64,000 nucleotides of DNA, from assembly GCA_965603825.1 (NCBI GenBank), contig CBFDEM010000010.1, forward strand, positions 434,001 to 498,000, given 5' to 3'. The notes beneath the pieces are model-generated. The model searched no databases and was not told where the DNA came from. It was given only the letters and a program-made list of their open reading frames with translations. The DNA is from Blepharisma stoltei ATCC 30299 (Eukaryota > Protista > Ciliophora). Both the position numbers and the translations under genes were made by a program. Shown here one piece after another: positions 49,063-61,951 of this stretch (positions are counted from its first letter, which is position 1; each line of letters begins with the position of its first letter).

Positions 49063-49245
49063 AGATATAATAAATGTTTTTATTTTTTAAAAGTCTTTTC
49101 AAAGGATTTAAAATTTAAACGAATAATAAATATTGGTGAAGAAATAATGTACAAACTATTAAAATCTATGAGCAATCAGTATCTGTGTGCTTAAACAAAA
49201 GAATAAATCTGTATAATAGTAATTTTTATTAAAATCTAAATATAA

Positions 49246-49791
49246 ATGTATTGTTGCATTCCATCGCCAATACCAGAAAATCCTTCTCCACAAGCAATCA
49301 AGTTATTTCGAATTATTAGAACCCTTGTAATTATCCAGGTGATGCTTGGGATATTTAGCATGTTTGTAGATATATGGTCAGGTTTTCTTTTACTTATAGG
49401 AGCAAGCGTTCTTTATATGATAATTTGTTCAAGAAATTGATGCACATGTGTATTTTACATTGTTCTCTGTATGATGGACATAATGACTTGTATAATGCTT
49501 GTTGGGGAATATTTTACTGCTCACAGCACGATTGAAGGAGATTATGGAATTCTTGTCTTCGTCTCGATGGTCAAATTCCCATTCTACACTCTCTCAATAT
49601 ATTATACCTTCTTGTGTTATAGAGAACTCAAAGGTCAGGGATATTTAGGATTATTTATTGAAGTCGTAGAAGGCGGAGGGGCAGGAATTATAGGATCTCA
49701 AGCACCTGCACAAGCATGGCAAAACGCCAGAGATCCTCCGAGGGCACCAGAACCACAGCCATTCCAAGGACAAGGATATAGGCTTGGCTAA
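49246..49791 (+). CDS. Four-TM membrane protein of unknown function
   Basis: Two ORFs joined by TGA 49438; hydrophobic helices; C-terminal PFQGQGYRLG (SHP-box-like); possible in-frame intron 49634-49648. Confidence 0.78.
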
Positions 49792-49838
49792 ATTCACAAT
49801 GTAATAGAAATACATATGATTTTACTTTAATTTCTAAT

Positions 49839-50297
49839 ATGGATCATGAACAATTAAAAGCAAAACTCGAACTAAGGGAAAACCAGCTAAGAGAAATGGC
49901 TTCACATTTAGCTGAACAAATGCACTCAATAAACGTAAAAAGGAGCTATATTTCAGAAATGCAGACAAATATACAGAGATTAGAAAAGAAATTGAATAAA
50001 AAAAATAAACAATTGGAACAGGAATTAAAAGATAAAGAAATTATTATTGCGAGGATTAAAGGGCTGGAGGAAATAGCAGATATTTCAAAGGATGCAGCGT
50101 ATTATAAAAGATCCAAAATTCTTACAAAAGAAGAAAAAGATGACACTGCAGATTATTTGGAATATTATGCTAAATTAAGAGACTCCTTGGAAGCTAAAGA
50201 AAGTTTTGATGATAGAATCAAAGATTTAGTCGAATCTGGGGTTGTTGTTAAAAAAGAAGAATTGGCGAATGAAAAAGAAAATGGTCGGACAGCTTAA
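49839..50297 (+). CDS. Coiled-coil hypothetical protein
   Basis: 152-aa E/K/L-rich ORF. Confidence 0.65.
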   Translation: MDHEQLKAKLELRENQLREMASHLAEQMHSINVKRSYISEMQTNIQRLEKKLNKKNKQLEQELKDKEIIIARIKGLEEIADISKDAAYYKRSKILTKEEKDDTADYLEYYAKLRDSLEAKESFDDRIKDLVESGVVVKKEELANEKENGRTA

Positions 50298-50614
50298 AAT
50301 CGAAAAATTAATGAGGTGTAAGCACTCAAATTGATTTTCTTTTAATAATTTTGTAGTTATCAGCAAGGAATTGGGATTCTTAAAAGATGATTTATTTATT
50401 TATTTTTCGAATAAGTTAAAAGAATAGAAAACGATTAATATAATTCTGATAGGAAATAGGAAAAGAAAAGTTTATATTATAATACCCAAGCAAGTAATCG
50501 GACTTATATATCGCTATACTTTTATTTAAAGTCACATAAACCATTGAAATTAATATCATATTTGCTATTAGGCTGATTAACCCATTACCAAATTATTGGT
50601 TATAATAATTTATT

Positions 50615-51223
50615 ATGGAAAGTGGTTGGGTTGGTACAGTTGGACCTATTCTGGTCAGAGCTCTTGAAGAAATAAAGCAGTTCGCATCCAGGAATGACTG
50701 GACAGCTAAAGATCCAGCTGACGGAGTCCAATATTCTTCCCGTCCTCACGACGACTGGCCTATGATAAAAGCTGTCGCTGAAATCCATGCCCCACCTGAA
50801 GCCATTGTCCAGTTCTTCAGAAACGTAAATAACATCGGCCAATGGAATGACAAGCTCAAGAACGTCCACATTGTCCACGAAAGCGGACCTCTCAAGCTAA
50901 TTAAGTCCCAAATGAAGGCAAAATGGCCAATGGATGATCGTGAAACCCTTTACGCCCAAACAGAGTTCGTTGAAAATGATGGGAACACTGTTTTCCTTAT
51001 TGAAAAAAGCGTAGAATTGCCTGATGTCCCAGTTGAGAAAAAACATGTGAGAGCTCACTTGATTTACAGCGGGTACATTTTGGAAAGATTGGAGCCGAGT
51101 AGAACGAGAGTTACTTATATTGTACTTTTCAATCCAGAAGCAAGCGTTCCTGGAGCAGCAAAGGAAAAAATGCAAATGCAAAATGCAGCCAGAATTGGAG
51201 TTGCCAAGAGAACCTTAGGGTAG
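50615..51223 (+). CDS. START-domain lipid-transfer protein
   Basis: QWND, WPMDDRE, VRAHLIYSGYIL, TRVTYI..NP...VP. Confidence 0.85.
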   Translation: MESGWVGTVGPILVRALEEIKQFASRNDWTAKDPADGVQYSSRPHDDWPMIKAVAEIHAPPEAIVQFFRNVNNIGQWNDKLKNVHIVHESGPLKLIKSQMKAKWPMDDRETLYAQTEFVENDGNTVFLIEKSVELPDVPVEKKHVRAHLIYSGYILERLEPSRTRVTYIVLFNPEASVPGAAKEKMQMQNAARIGVAKRTLG

Positions 51224-51540
51224 TTATTACTAAATAACATTCATTCCAATTAATTTTTATTTTAATTATATGGAAGATATTATGCGTATCAGGTCAAGAT
51301 TTGTGTAAATAACACATAAGTTCTTATTTTAATTAGATTTTGTAAGGAGACATATCTAAATTATTCTAAAGGAAATTTTGAGGATTTTTCATATAAAAAA
51401 TTCTAATATTTAAAATAAAAATAATTCAAAATCATAACGAAAAAGACTTCTCAAAGGTTTTTATTTTTTCACCAATTTTCATATTATAAAATTAACTTCA
51501 GATGTAAATTAACACAAGTTAATTCAATAGAAAATCTAGT

Positions 51541-53085
51541 ATGGTAAACTCTCTTTTAAAAAGCCTTTCAATTCTACAAGTTTCATGTTCCAAAAATGAA
51601 TTCAGCCATTCCTCACTTATTTCACTTATTGAGAATGTAGAAACAGAACCAATCGCTGAAAACCCTTTCAAAGTTGCAATAAATTTATCATTTCTTGAAG
51701 AAATTGCCAATATTGCGAATAAGTTGGCATCAGAAGATGCAGTTCTCTATAACCACTTGGTGATCATTGAATGTGGCATCCAAGAGTTTTTAAGGCATTG
51801 AAAAGGAGTCTCAAATATTCAAAATGACTTAAAATCGATCCGACAAAATATCGTTGAAAACTCAAAAATAATCAACTCTCAAATGAAAAGAGTCTCCAGA
51901 ATTCTCAAAGATTACAGAGACCGCTGCAGGAATTCTTTTTTAGAATACCTCAAATCCCTTGATTTAGATGTTCGAAGAATCCTCAAACCTTTAGTCCCTA
52001 CAAGTGTCGTTCTCGAGCAAGTCAAATTTCCTCTGATAAATGAAAATCCAAGCTTAAGAAGCTCAGTAGCAGCGTCTCAGCCTGAGTCTGCTAGAGAAAG
52101 TGTATCCCAGCAGAGCCCAAGGGAAGATTTAGAAACTTTGCCAAGCAGCAACCCAGCAGAAAATACAATAGACAAATTAAATAACCATATACAGATGCTG
52201 GTTGGGACACTTGAAAAAGTGGCTAAAGAACTAATCCAGATTGTGGCGGAGTCTGATAGACAATATTATGAAATTTTAAATAAAGTTGAGGTATATTCGA
52301 GACCTCCTACACCATTAGCTGCACCTTTGCCTGAGTATTTTTGCTTTGATACTGAAGAATCTAAAGAAAACTTAAAACCAGAAAAGCACGTTTTTCCTAA
52401 AAAAACTAAGGCTAAATGGAGAGAAAGGTTAAAATTGCTATACACACAGAATAACATTAATGAAAGCACATATGTAAAACTGCTGAAAAAAGTAAACTTA
52501 GCAGACGATAATGATGGAAAAATCGATTTAGAAGAGCTGTTTAAAGACACTGATATCTCAATGGATGTTAAAGAAAACGCTGCATTTTGTTTAGTAAATA
52601 CTTCAAAAATCCCACAACAAGACGTCTCTCTAATTGATTTAATGCTTATAGAAGAAGACGCAGCTAAATCTATTGGTAATGGCATTTTATCAGAAAACGT
52701 AAAACCAGAGCCTCCAAAAGAGCCAAAACCCAAAAACCGGCCAATTCATAAAATTGAAAAACAAGTCATAGAATCAAAACCGAAGTCTCCAAACCCTTCA
52801 TTCCTTGATTTTTCTCCTCAAAAAGTAGATAAGGACAGGCTATCGCCTGTCCCAAGAATAAACCAAGTCAGAAAATCCATCCCATCGACCAAGCCATATT
52901 CAAAATTTATAGCCCAGAAGCAGCAAAATGAAAGCTCCTTTAATATTGAGCGTAAAGACGTCAGAGTGCGATCAATAACTCCTGTAGGAAAACCTAAATT
53001 TAAGTTCGACCGGAAAAAGAGAACGAAGACGCCATCAGGCTTTATGCCTTATTCAAATTTGAATAGTTTCAGTATTATACATTAA
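51541..53085 (+). CDS. Hypothetical protein (coiled-coil, low-complexity)
   Basis: Two ORFs in frame across TGA 51799; true start uncertain. Confidence 0.65.
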
Positions 53086-53748
53086 TATTAATGTTTTTAT
53101 AATATAAAATGCAGCCTGATTTTTGTGTAAAAATAAATTATAATTTTGACATGATTCTACATGTTTTGAAAAATTTTGGGCTTTGGGAATTTCGATAGAA
53201 TAAATGAGTGAAGAGGGCAGGGACTCAGGAATTAGGGGTAGATTGATGTTATAAGGGGCCTATGTGGAAATTTTGGGATAGACCGTTAATTTTAATAACT
53301 AAAAGCTGAGGGCTTTCTATAAATTTTTATCAAAATTTATTGACCATATTTATTTGTTCTATGGGATTCTGCAAATTTCTAGCGTTATTAATAAATATAT
53401 GGAGCACAAAAGAAGAAATTGAACAAAGCAACTTAGCGCTCAAGCACAAGAGAAACCCTCGTTCTGGCATCAAAAAATTTCTTTATAAGCCCTATTTCAT
53501 CAAATCCTGACAAAATCAAAAGGTTAATTGTCACAAAAAATTTTCGAGTTAAAGCCTAGGCACTCCTCTGTCCTATCTCAAAGCCTAAAAAGCTCGTTAT
53601 CTTCCTATACAGATTTGAAAAATGCCTAAGCAATACCATATTTTTTGTAGATTCCTAATGTTAAATCAATTGATTTTCATCAAACCCAATTAACTACCAA
53701 AGATCTAATGCTTAGACAATCTGATTAATCATTAACAAAAAACAAAAT

Positions 53749-54573
53749 ATGAAGCATGGAAAAATCGTCTCAAAGCTGCTGCTAAGTGACCCGTCAATTG
53801 AAAAATTGCCAGCAAAAAACCAATACGACACCACAGTCAGGTCACTATTCATATGCAAGCGAGGATTCCCCAAAAAAGAATACATTAGGTGTAAGCTCAT
53901 CAGAGGACAGAAAAGGATCATGAGGCAGCTGAAGCAAGGCAAAATTCCTGAAAAGACTTTAAATAGGTTCGACTCTTCCAAACAAATTTGTAGAGATTTG
54001 TGAAGCAAGCTCGAGCAGTGTATGAGGGAAGCTATTTCTGAAATTGAAGAAAGGATAAGGACAGAGGCTGGCCCGTTGACTGATGGTAAATGTAAGAGAA
54101 AAACAAAAAGCGATGACGATTGTAAGTCTTTCAATGGGAAATTTTGTAAGTGGTACTTCAGCCACCCTGTGATACGAAAACTGTACTTCTATTATATAGA
54201 GCTATTGTTTTCAGAATTTCAGCCTGAAATATTGAATGATAAATTTGATTTTAAGTGCTGTGAGGAAGAGCAGCATCAATTTTTATGCTACCAGAAATGA
54301 ATGCTGATGAAAAAGTACATTGATACCTTCCTTATTGAAGATTTAGGCCTTGAACCTTGGGCTCCAGAAAATTTCCAAATTCCAAACCTCCCAAATATTT
54401 TAGAAGAGAATTTGTTTGAGTCAATTTCAAAATCTATTGAACTACCAGATAAAAATGATGGGCTTGAGGACTTAAATTCTTTTGAGAAGTACAGTGAGCA
54501 GGAAACGTCCGAAAATGAGCAAGAGCTGCAAGCACGCCAGGAGTCTGCGTTTAAACTTTTCAAGCAGTCATAG
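53749..54573 (+). CDS. Hypothetical basic protein with Cys/His motif and acidic tail
   Basis: Three ORFs in frame across TGA 54001 and 54298; stop TAG; 5' end uncertain. Confidence 0.7.
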
Positions 54574-54628
54574 CTTATTCTTCATGAATAATGTTAGTGT
54601 TAAGATGGAAGAGCTTAAAAGTAAAATA

Positions 54629-57600
54629 TTAATCTTTTTTAAGTTTAATTGATAACTTTCCTGTCATCATTCTGACTAGTTCAGGCGACCTCAAGATATC
54701 AATCAGCTCATAATACAGTTCTTCTTCTCTTATCAAATCTCCTCTCATACGACTCACATAAATCCCAGAGCATAGAGTTATAAGTGGCCCAGCGTTTTTC
54801 ATGTCAGTGACGTAAATATTTTTTGAGCCTCCTGTTACAAAATATCTTAAAAATCTGGCTACTAAGTAGACTACAGATATATAGAAGGTCAAGACTGAAA
54901 AATTAAATGTCGCAGGACTGTAATGATCAGAGATCATGAAAAACTTCAACCCAATAGTTTTAAAATCTTGCCCTGTGCTCCCTACTTCTCAATATGAGAG
55001 ATCAGCTTTATATGTGTGAAGCCTTATAATTAAGTCTGACGTAAATCCTTTTACTGCTATTGGCTCTGGGGTTATGAAAGTTCCAGCACTCGGAAGCCTA
55101 ATAATTTTCCCATAAAAATTATCATAAGTAAATTCCGTCGCGTTATAAGCCTCGTTACAAATCATATCATAAAATATCCTCGTTTTCCTGAATAAAGGCG
55201 CCCGAATGGTTTGTGAGACCCTGGTTTGTCCATATGGGTACCTTCTATAAAAAACTAGCGTCATTTCTATAGACGAGCCCTGATAGTTTGCTGTATCATT
55301 AAGTGACTTGCAAAGCCTTTCCTTGCTGGGTGGTGTAATTTGCCAATAAGTTTCTTGAAATAACGGTAAAGAAATGATCTGCATTCTATCTATATCACTG
55401 GATTGGACCTCTTTTACATCATTAAATTCATAACTTGTCCATTCTTCTTCAGTAATAAAATGTGACTCGTCAAGTGTTTTTGTATTATAAAGCAAATAAG
55501 TCCTATCGTCTGTATTTATGCTGATTTCCATATTCATATATCTCACTTGGTTGCTTTCTACTATAGGATTTAGGGTACTAAATATGATTAAGGGTGCTAA
55601 AATGACGAGACAAATCACGATAATCACAAAAGCCCCATTAAAAACTTTCCATGTCCAATGAATAGGTTGATCCTTTTGAGGGACTTCGTACCACTTATAA
55701 ACGCATTGGGTTATATAAAGCTGATTGTAAATGTCTTCAAATTTAAACCATTGATATATGTCTAGGGTAGTTTTTGTAAAAGTCCAGTCCATTAACGTCC
55801 TTAGTTCAAACAAAAATGGCAATGCGAGATAAGTTTTGAACATCCTGTATGACCAAATATTGGTGCTTCTCATAAGAGGAAATGAGACTTTTCTAAAGGT
55901 CGGGAGTCCATGCCTAATTTGCAGAGAAACGATCATAAAATAGACAGCATAAATGATATAAAACCACTCAATAAAATCATTGACTTGAAAATCATTGCAA
56001 TTAGCTGAATTATTATCAGGACAATACACTTTTCCAGTCAAACTATATGTGCCACTAATAGGGAAATACCAAAATACCAGCACATGGACTAGCAGCATAA
56101 TTAAAAAATGTAAAAGTACTTTTAGCAGCAAATCTTTATTCCATTTTCTCCTATGTCTTTTTTCTACAGAGGTAGGCTGCTGAGGTTCATCCAAGCTTCT
56201 TTCAAAATCTTCTAATTCATCGTCAGAGTCCAATTGTTCTCTCGTCAAAAAGGAAAGTCTCTTTTTAAGCTCAGTTCTATGAGTAGCTGAATCAGTTGGA
56301 AAAACAGTGGCTGACCGAGACTTTTGAAAAAATGGGTCTTCAGGATCAAGGGATTCTTTATCAGAGTCTTCACTTGCTTCTAAATTTTCTTTTAACGCTT
56401 GCGAGGTTTTCCTTACGTATAAATATCTATCCAATAAAATTAATGAAAATTGCACGATTAAAGCTATCACCATTCTCCCTTGAAACTGATTAGCTCTTAT
56501 TGACTGAGAAATATCTTGAGAATACCCCTCCATTTTGGTGAAAGTAAAGAAAATATAAATCAAAATCACAAGCTGAGTAAAAATAATTGGGAAATAAAAA
56601 TCCTTGCCTGGCTTTTCTTCTTTATTGCTAGGGATAAGTCTTGCGAAAAATCTTTCAATGGTTTTAAAGAATCGTTTAATGCAGGAAGGGTGGGGTTCTA
56701 AAAAGGAGTCTTGTGGTTCCATTACAAGATTTTCTAAGGTGTTTCTAGACAAGGATTTTTCTTTTTCTTTTCTATCTTTAGCTTGCTCAAAAGTTTCTAT
56801 ATCATACTCTGACTGGGAAAATAAGCCAACTCTTCTGAGATAATATAAATGGAATAAAATCATAATCATTAATAAAGTATCCCAAATTGTATAGTAAAAT
56901 AAATTTTCGCTATGAGTATTGCTGGCTAAGTTAAAGCCCGTCTTAAATGGGTCGTGATATTCCTTCGGGAATTTATTCTGTGTGATATAAGGCCAAATTT
57001 CTAACTGTATACAGTACTTTATTAAGAAAACCCCACTGCAGTAGTACTGCAAAGTTTTGAAATAAAGAGGAGGGGGCCTTGGGTATTCAAACATAGCATA
57101 CCCTACAACTGATAATGGCAAAATCACTGATTCTAGGCTTGCATAATTATAGTGGTTTATAAAGCACAAAATAAATACCAGATTTTGAGTGTTACTGCTG
57201 GGAATATACATAAAAAGCAGCCTTAAATAGTCCCCTAAAATCAGCCTGTAGTCTTTTATGGCAGGGTTATTTTCTTCGAATAATTTAATTTCGCCTATTA
57301 TGGGCTGATGCATTTCAGTTTTGCTTCTTTTATATACTCTTCTATTTATTTCTTCATCAAGATTTGTTAATTCTAAATTTGGAGGCTGCACTTTATCTCT
57401 TTTTTCAATTTCTTGTAAATAATCTTTAAATAGTATTGGATCGACAAGTCTTATCAACAAATTATCAATGTGGACTTTTAAAGGTTTATCTTGCTTTTCA
57501 TCGGTAGATTTAGGGATTAGTTTTGGGGTATTTAAAAATTCTTTATAGTCTTTTCCTTTTTTTTGGCCTAATTCTTTGTCTTTTAGCCTTAGCATTTCTA

Positions 57601-60600
57601 AATGTTTTTCTAGCTCGTTCAGCTCATTTTTAAATGTAAACCTGCTTCTTTCATAATCTTTGAACCTATCAATCCTATCGTCATTAAATTTTTTTGCTTT
57701 AAGTATCCCTAGCTCTTTAGATTGGCTGTTCTGCTCTTTTAGTTGTTCGTCGAAATATTTATTAAATTCTTCGCTTTTTATCATTCTGTAGATGAGGCAA
57801 ATTACAGCAAAGACTGAAATTTTCAAATTTATGTAGGTTCAGGCACGATGACTAGGGTCAAAAGAGTTAGAGCCTGCTCTTCATAGTTTTAGGACTCCCA
57901 CTACTTGGAAAAGATTATTTTCTCCATATTCTTGGAAAATTTTAAATGGCATTTGGAAAACAAATTGCACAATTAAATCTAATAAAACAAATAAGAGGAA
58001 ATAGGCGAGTAGCTTGATATATTTTTTTAGATTTTCTATGCTTTCGATAAGATCAATTTCCTTTAAAATAAAAAGTAAAGCAAAAATACAGTAAATCAGA
58101 GAAATTAGCCCTAAGCTTTGAGATGTGAACAATAGGACAAAGAATAAGAATAAGTAGCGTGAAAATTTGTAAACTTGTCTCTTAATAAAACCCCATGTTT
58201 TTTGAAGCGTGTTTCCTTCATTCTCATGAGAATCTTCTGGCTTTTTAAGTTTTTCATATTTCTCAGAATCTTCTAGTTTTTCTGATTTTTCATTATTTTC
58301 TTGATTTTGCTGGAGATTTGAGTCATATAATTTTCTATCAGATTTATAAGTAACTAACAGTATAAAATGCAACATGCAAAGCAAAATACAAATTTGATCT
58401 AAAAGGATGCTGTGCAGTTGAGATATATCAGACCCAAGATTTAAAAAGAAAGGATCGTCCATTGTTATCCAATCTTGTTTTAGGTATCAAGGCTCGTCAA
58501 ATTGAACTATACTTGGAGGAGTCTGAGGCGAATTCTTTTTATTTATATTGCTCAAAATCAATATATACTGTACTAGCACCATAATTGATAAAGTCATGCA
58601 AAATACCAATTTTTGGTTATCTTTGCTGAAGGCTGAGATAAAAAATAAAGTCAGTAAATAAATTCCACTTATTATAGTCAGCTTATCGAATGCTATAAAC
58701 AAAAGCATCATAGGTATAACTGATTCTGAAATGATAATAATAAGATTAAGAGTCACAATAAACACAGCATTGACTTTTTTCTTAACCCCTTCTTCAGCGA
58801 GTTCTTGTTCTTTTGCTTTTAATAAGTGCTCTTCTTCAGTTTTTGGAGTTAAGTACTCTAGACAATGCTTTTCCATGATCAAAAATATGCAGATAATAAA
58901 ATAACCATAGTTGTCTAAAATACTTCAGTTAGTTGTTTTTGTGAAGCCTATAATAAAAAATGTCCATTCTAAATACAGATTGATATCTGGCTGGAAAAAC
59001 GTAGGCTCTAATAGCACATTTATGTATGAAACTATAAAAGATGAAATTGTTATAGTAAAAAGTGCTCGTCACAATCTTCGTCGATATCTTAACTCTACCT
59101 CATAGTCACGATCTGTTACATTATTGAAATAAATGCAGATTGAAATAAAGTAAATAATCGCTATAAATAAATACAAAAACATTGAAAGTGAGAGCTTCCA
59201 ATACACAGAGAGCACAAAAATTACTAAAAGCAGAAAGAAGTGATGAGACTCAAAAATTACTCAGTATTTGTAGTATTTGGAATAATCAAAAAGATAGTGT
59301 ATTACTTTTGCCTTTTGAACTTTGAGTAATCTATACGAGTACCTTGAAGCAATATATAAGCACGAGTCAAGTATCGCTGTGGTATACAAGTCTGTAGTAT
59401 CATAAATTTCTATTCCTATAAATAAACTATTTGTAGTTGGAAGCGAAAATAATGGGAAATATTGATATAAGTATCTCCCTATCAGAATAATCCCACTTAA
59501 AATTTTGAATACAAATGTTATGTAGAGCACCCCTGTAAAATCTTTTGTATAATATTTCACTGGCTTTTTCAAATGATCAATAACGAGTACGCAAGCTAAA
59601 ATAAACCTGACAAAATTAATGAAATTTTTGGCTGACATTAAAATAAATGCAAAAATTAGCACAAAAATAAATCAAAGCTCAACTCCCTTATACCATACAT
59701 AAAGTGCATGTTTTTTTTGATCATTTAAAGATTGTGTAAACAGTCTTGTTCTGTAAAGTAATTTTTGTCTAGTTTTATTTATCCATAGCTGAATTCCTTG
59801 AAAAATCACAAGTGCTCACATAAGGACTTCATTCCAATAAATAGTCCTATTAAATTCTTCTGTTAAAATACCTATAGTACTTGCATCAGTTGTGCTTGAT
59901 ACAAAACTTGACATTAAAATTTCTGGAAAAACATTTAGCGTTTTTATTAGAAATAAATACCCCATACTATAAACTGTTAAGTAAATTCAGTATTTCGGTA
60001 TTAAAGCATCCATCATTAAGAATACAAAATATGACAGAACAATTAGCCCATGGGCTATATCTACTTGGGAAAGTCCTACTAGGAGAATACATAAAAGAGA
60101 TATAGAATACCATCATTTTAAAAGAAAACTAAGTCGGCTAGGCCGAAATTTTTTCCTGTGTTTTCTGTATTCTAATCTTACTAAGATAATAAAGCACATA
60201 AGAGTAATTATTAAAAATGCAATTTCTCCCTTTCTTAAATAAGAATTGTCATTCATATATAAATTTTTGACATAGCTAAATGAAAACCCTCCAAATAGCA
60301 AAGGGATCAAAATAACCCGGTACAAGGCTAATATAATTTTTTTGTGTGAGATAATAATTGATAAAAATAAAGGAATCATAATTGTCATGCTCAGGACGTT
60401 TTTAAAATAAATTGTTCATAATATAGCAAATAGTCTTGCTATTAGGTGTAGGCCAGTTTCTTTTCATGTATAATCTAAAAATGCACTCCCATGGCTTTGG
60501 CTTATGATGCCATCATTTACAAGAATCAAAGGAGCCCGCATCATTTTTTTCATTTGGAATTTATTCATTTTTACAAATCCTAAATAAGTATAAAGCCACT

Positions 60601-61321
60601 GTAAAGCAAAAGCTGTCACGTAGACAGTAAGCATTTTTTGGTCCCATGTAATTAATCCTAATCCCCATACAATGTCATCTCCAATTCATTGATGCAAAAT
60701 AACCTTGTAAAGATAAGAAAAAATTATCTGGATTAAAGAAAACGATGATACTAAAATGCAGATAATTTTTCCAGCTGTATTGGATTTATATCGTAGGTTT
60801 ATTCCTATTGTTATAGCCAAAAGCGAATAAATAAAGCTGATGACTGAGAAATAAATTACGCATTCTACACATAAAAGTGCAAGCCCAACCCATTCAAAAA
60901 TTTGCATTACTTGATATCGAAAGCCATATAGGCCTAATTTTCTTGAAAATTTAGAATGATAACCGTATTTTGAGCCGATAATTGATATAATAAGTGCAAA
61001 AATATCAAATCCAAAATTCTTAAATAGCCAAAGCTCCATAGCAGCTTCATCCAGAAATAAACCTCGCGTGAGAAAAGTGTTTTCATTCACTTGAATTATA
61101 TTGAATTCTTTATAATAAATGACAAATATCAGAGAAGATTTTAGCAAAATGACAAGCAGGCTGATGAGCATTAAAAATTTAAAGATCGCTTTTGGGGCAT
61201 TGTAACCTAATATTAAGCTCACTCAAATGTATAAGGCAAACGCTATGTAGACCCCAGAGAAGCAGGTCGCATAAAATGATCCGCAAAGCAATAATAGGGT
61301 ACAAAATATTTCCTGCAGCAT
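54629..61321 (-). CDS. PIEZO: Piezo mechanosensitive channel (~2230 aa, intronless, 15 TGA=Trp)
   Basis: PFLFELRTLMDW, WFKFEDIY, LYYELIDILRSPE; I read a continuous frame from ATG 61319-61321 to TAA with only TGA interruptions; many TM helices. Confidence 0.92.
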
Positions 61322-61951
61322 TTTATTATGGATTTGTAGTTAAAGGATTTTTATTAGAAAATAAAAAAAAGCTAGAGAATTGATGCAGATATTGTAAGAT
61401 ATAACTAAAATAAGAAGAATAAATTACGAATATTGGAAATTTTTGATAGCTAGGCGTTTATTTTAGAAATTGATGATAAAATATAAATTTTAAAATAATT
61501 ATTTTATTCTGAAAATAATAATATCATCTGCTGTCACTCTACAATAGTCTAAATATTAATTTAATATAAATTGGTATTTTTAATATTTCAGAAAAATTAT
61601 TTCTTCATTTGTAAATATAAATATCACAGAAGTGTCTCAATAAATCTCTAATTGCAATCAATTTATTGAATTAATAAATATGCACATCTTAAAATTATGG
61701 ACTAAATTGCATGCCTTAATTTCAAAATCCTTAACTATAAGATGAGCATTCTATATTTCTTTTTTATTTTCAGCCAAAATAAATCAACTTTTCAATACTC
61801 ACCAATGAAAAAGAACGATTATTTTAAATTATACCATATAAACTAATAAAAACAGCTAAGCTTTCCTTACTAAAGAACCGGAATGGTATATTCTATCATA
61901 GAATCATATTTAAATCGAAAATAAACTGTTGGAAATAACAAATTTTTTATA

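Noticed and set aside
51270-51540. Possible upstream exons of the 51541 gene (gtaaataacacataag, gtaaattaacacaag)
   Set aside because: Both lack the A at -6, and splicing does not give an open frame
53361-53748. Coding-looking sequence upstream of the 53749 gene
   Set aside because: TAA/TAG stops in all frames and no canonical 15/16-nt intron joins it; left unannotated
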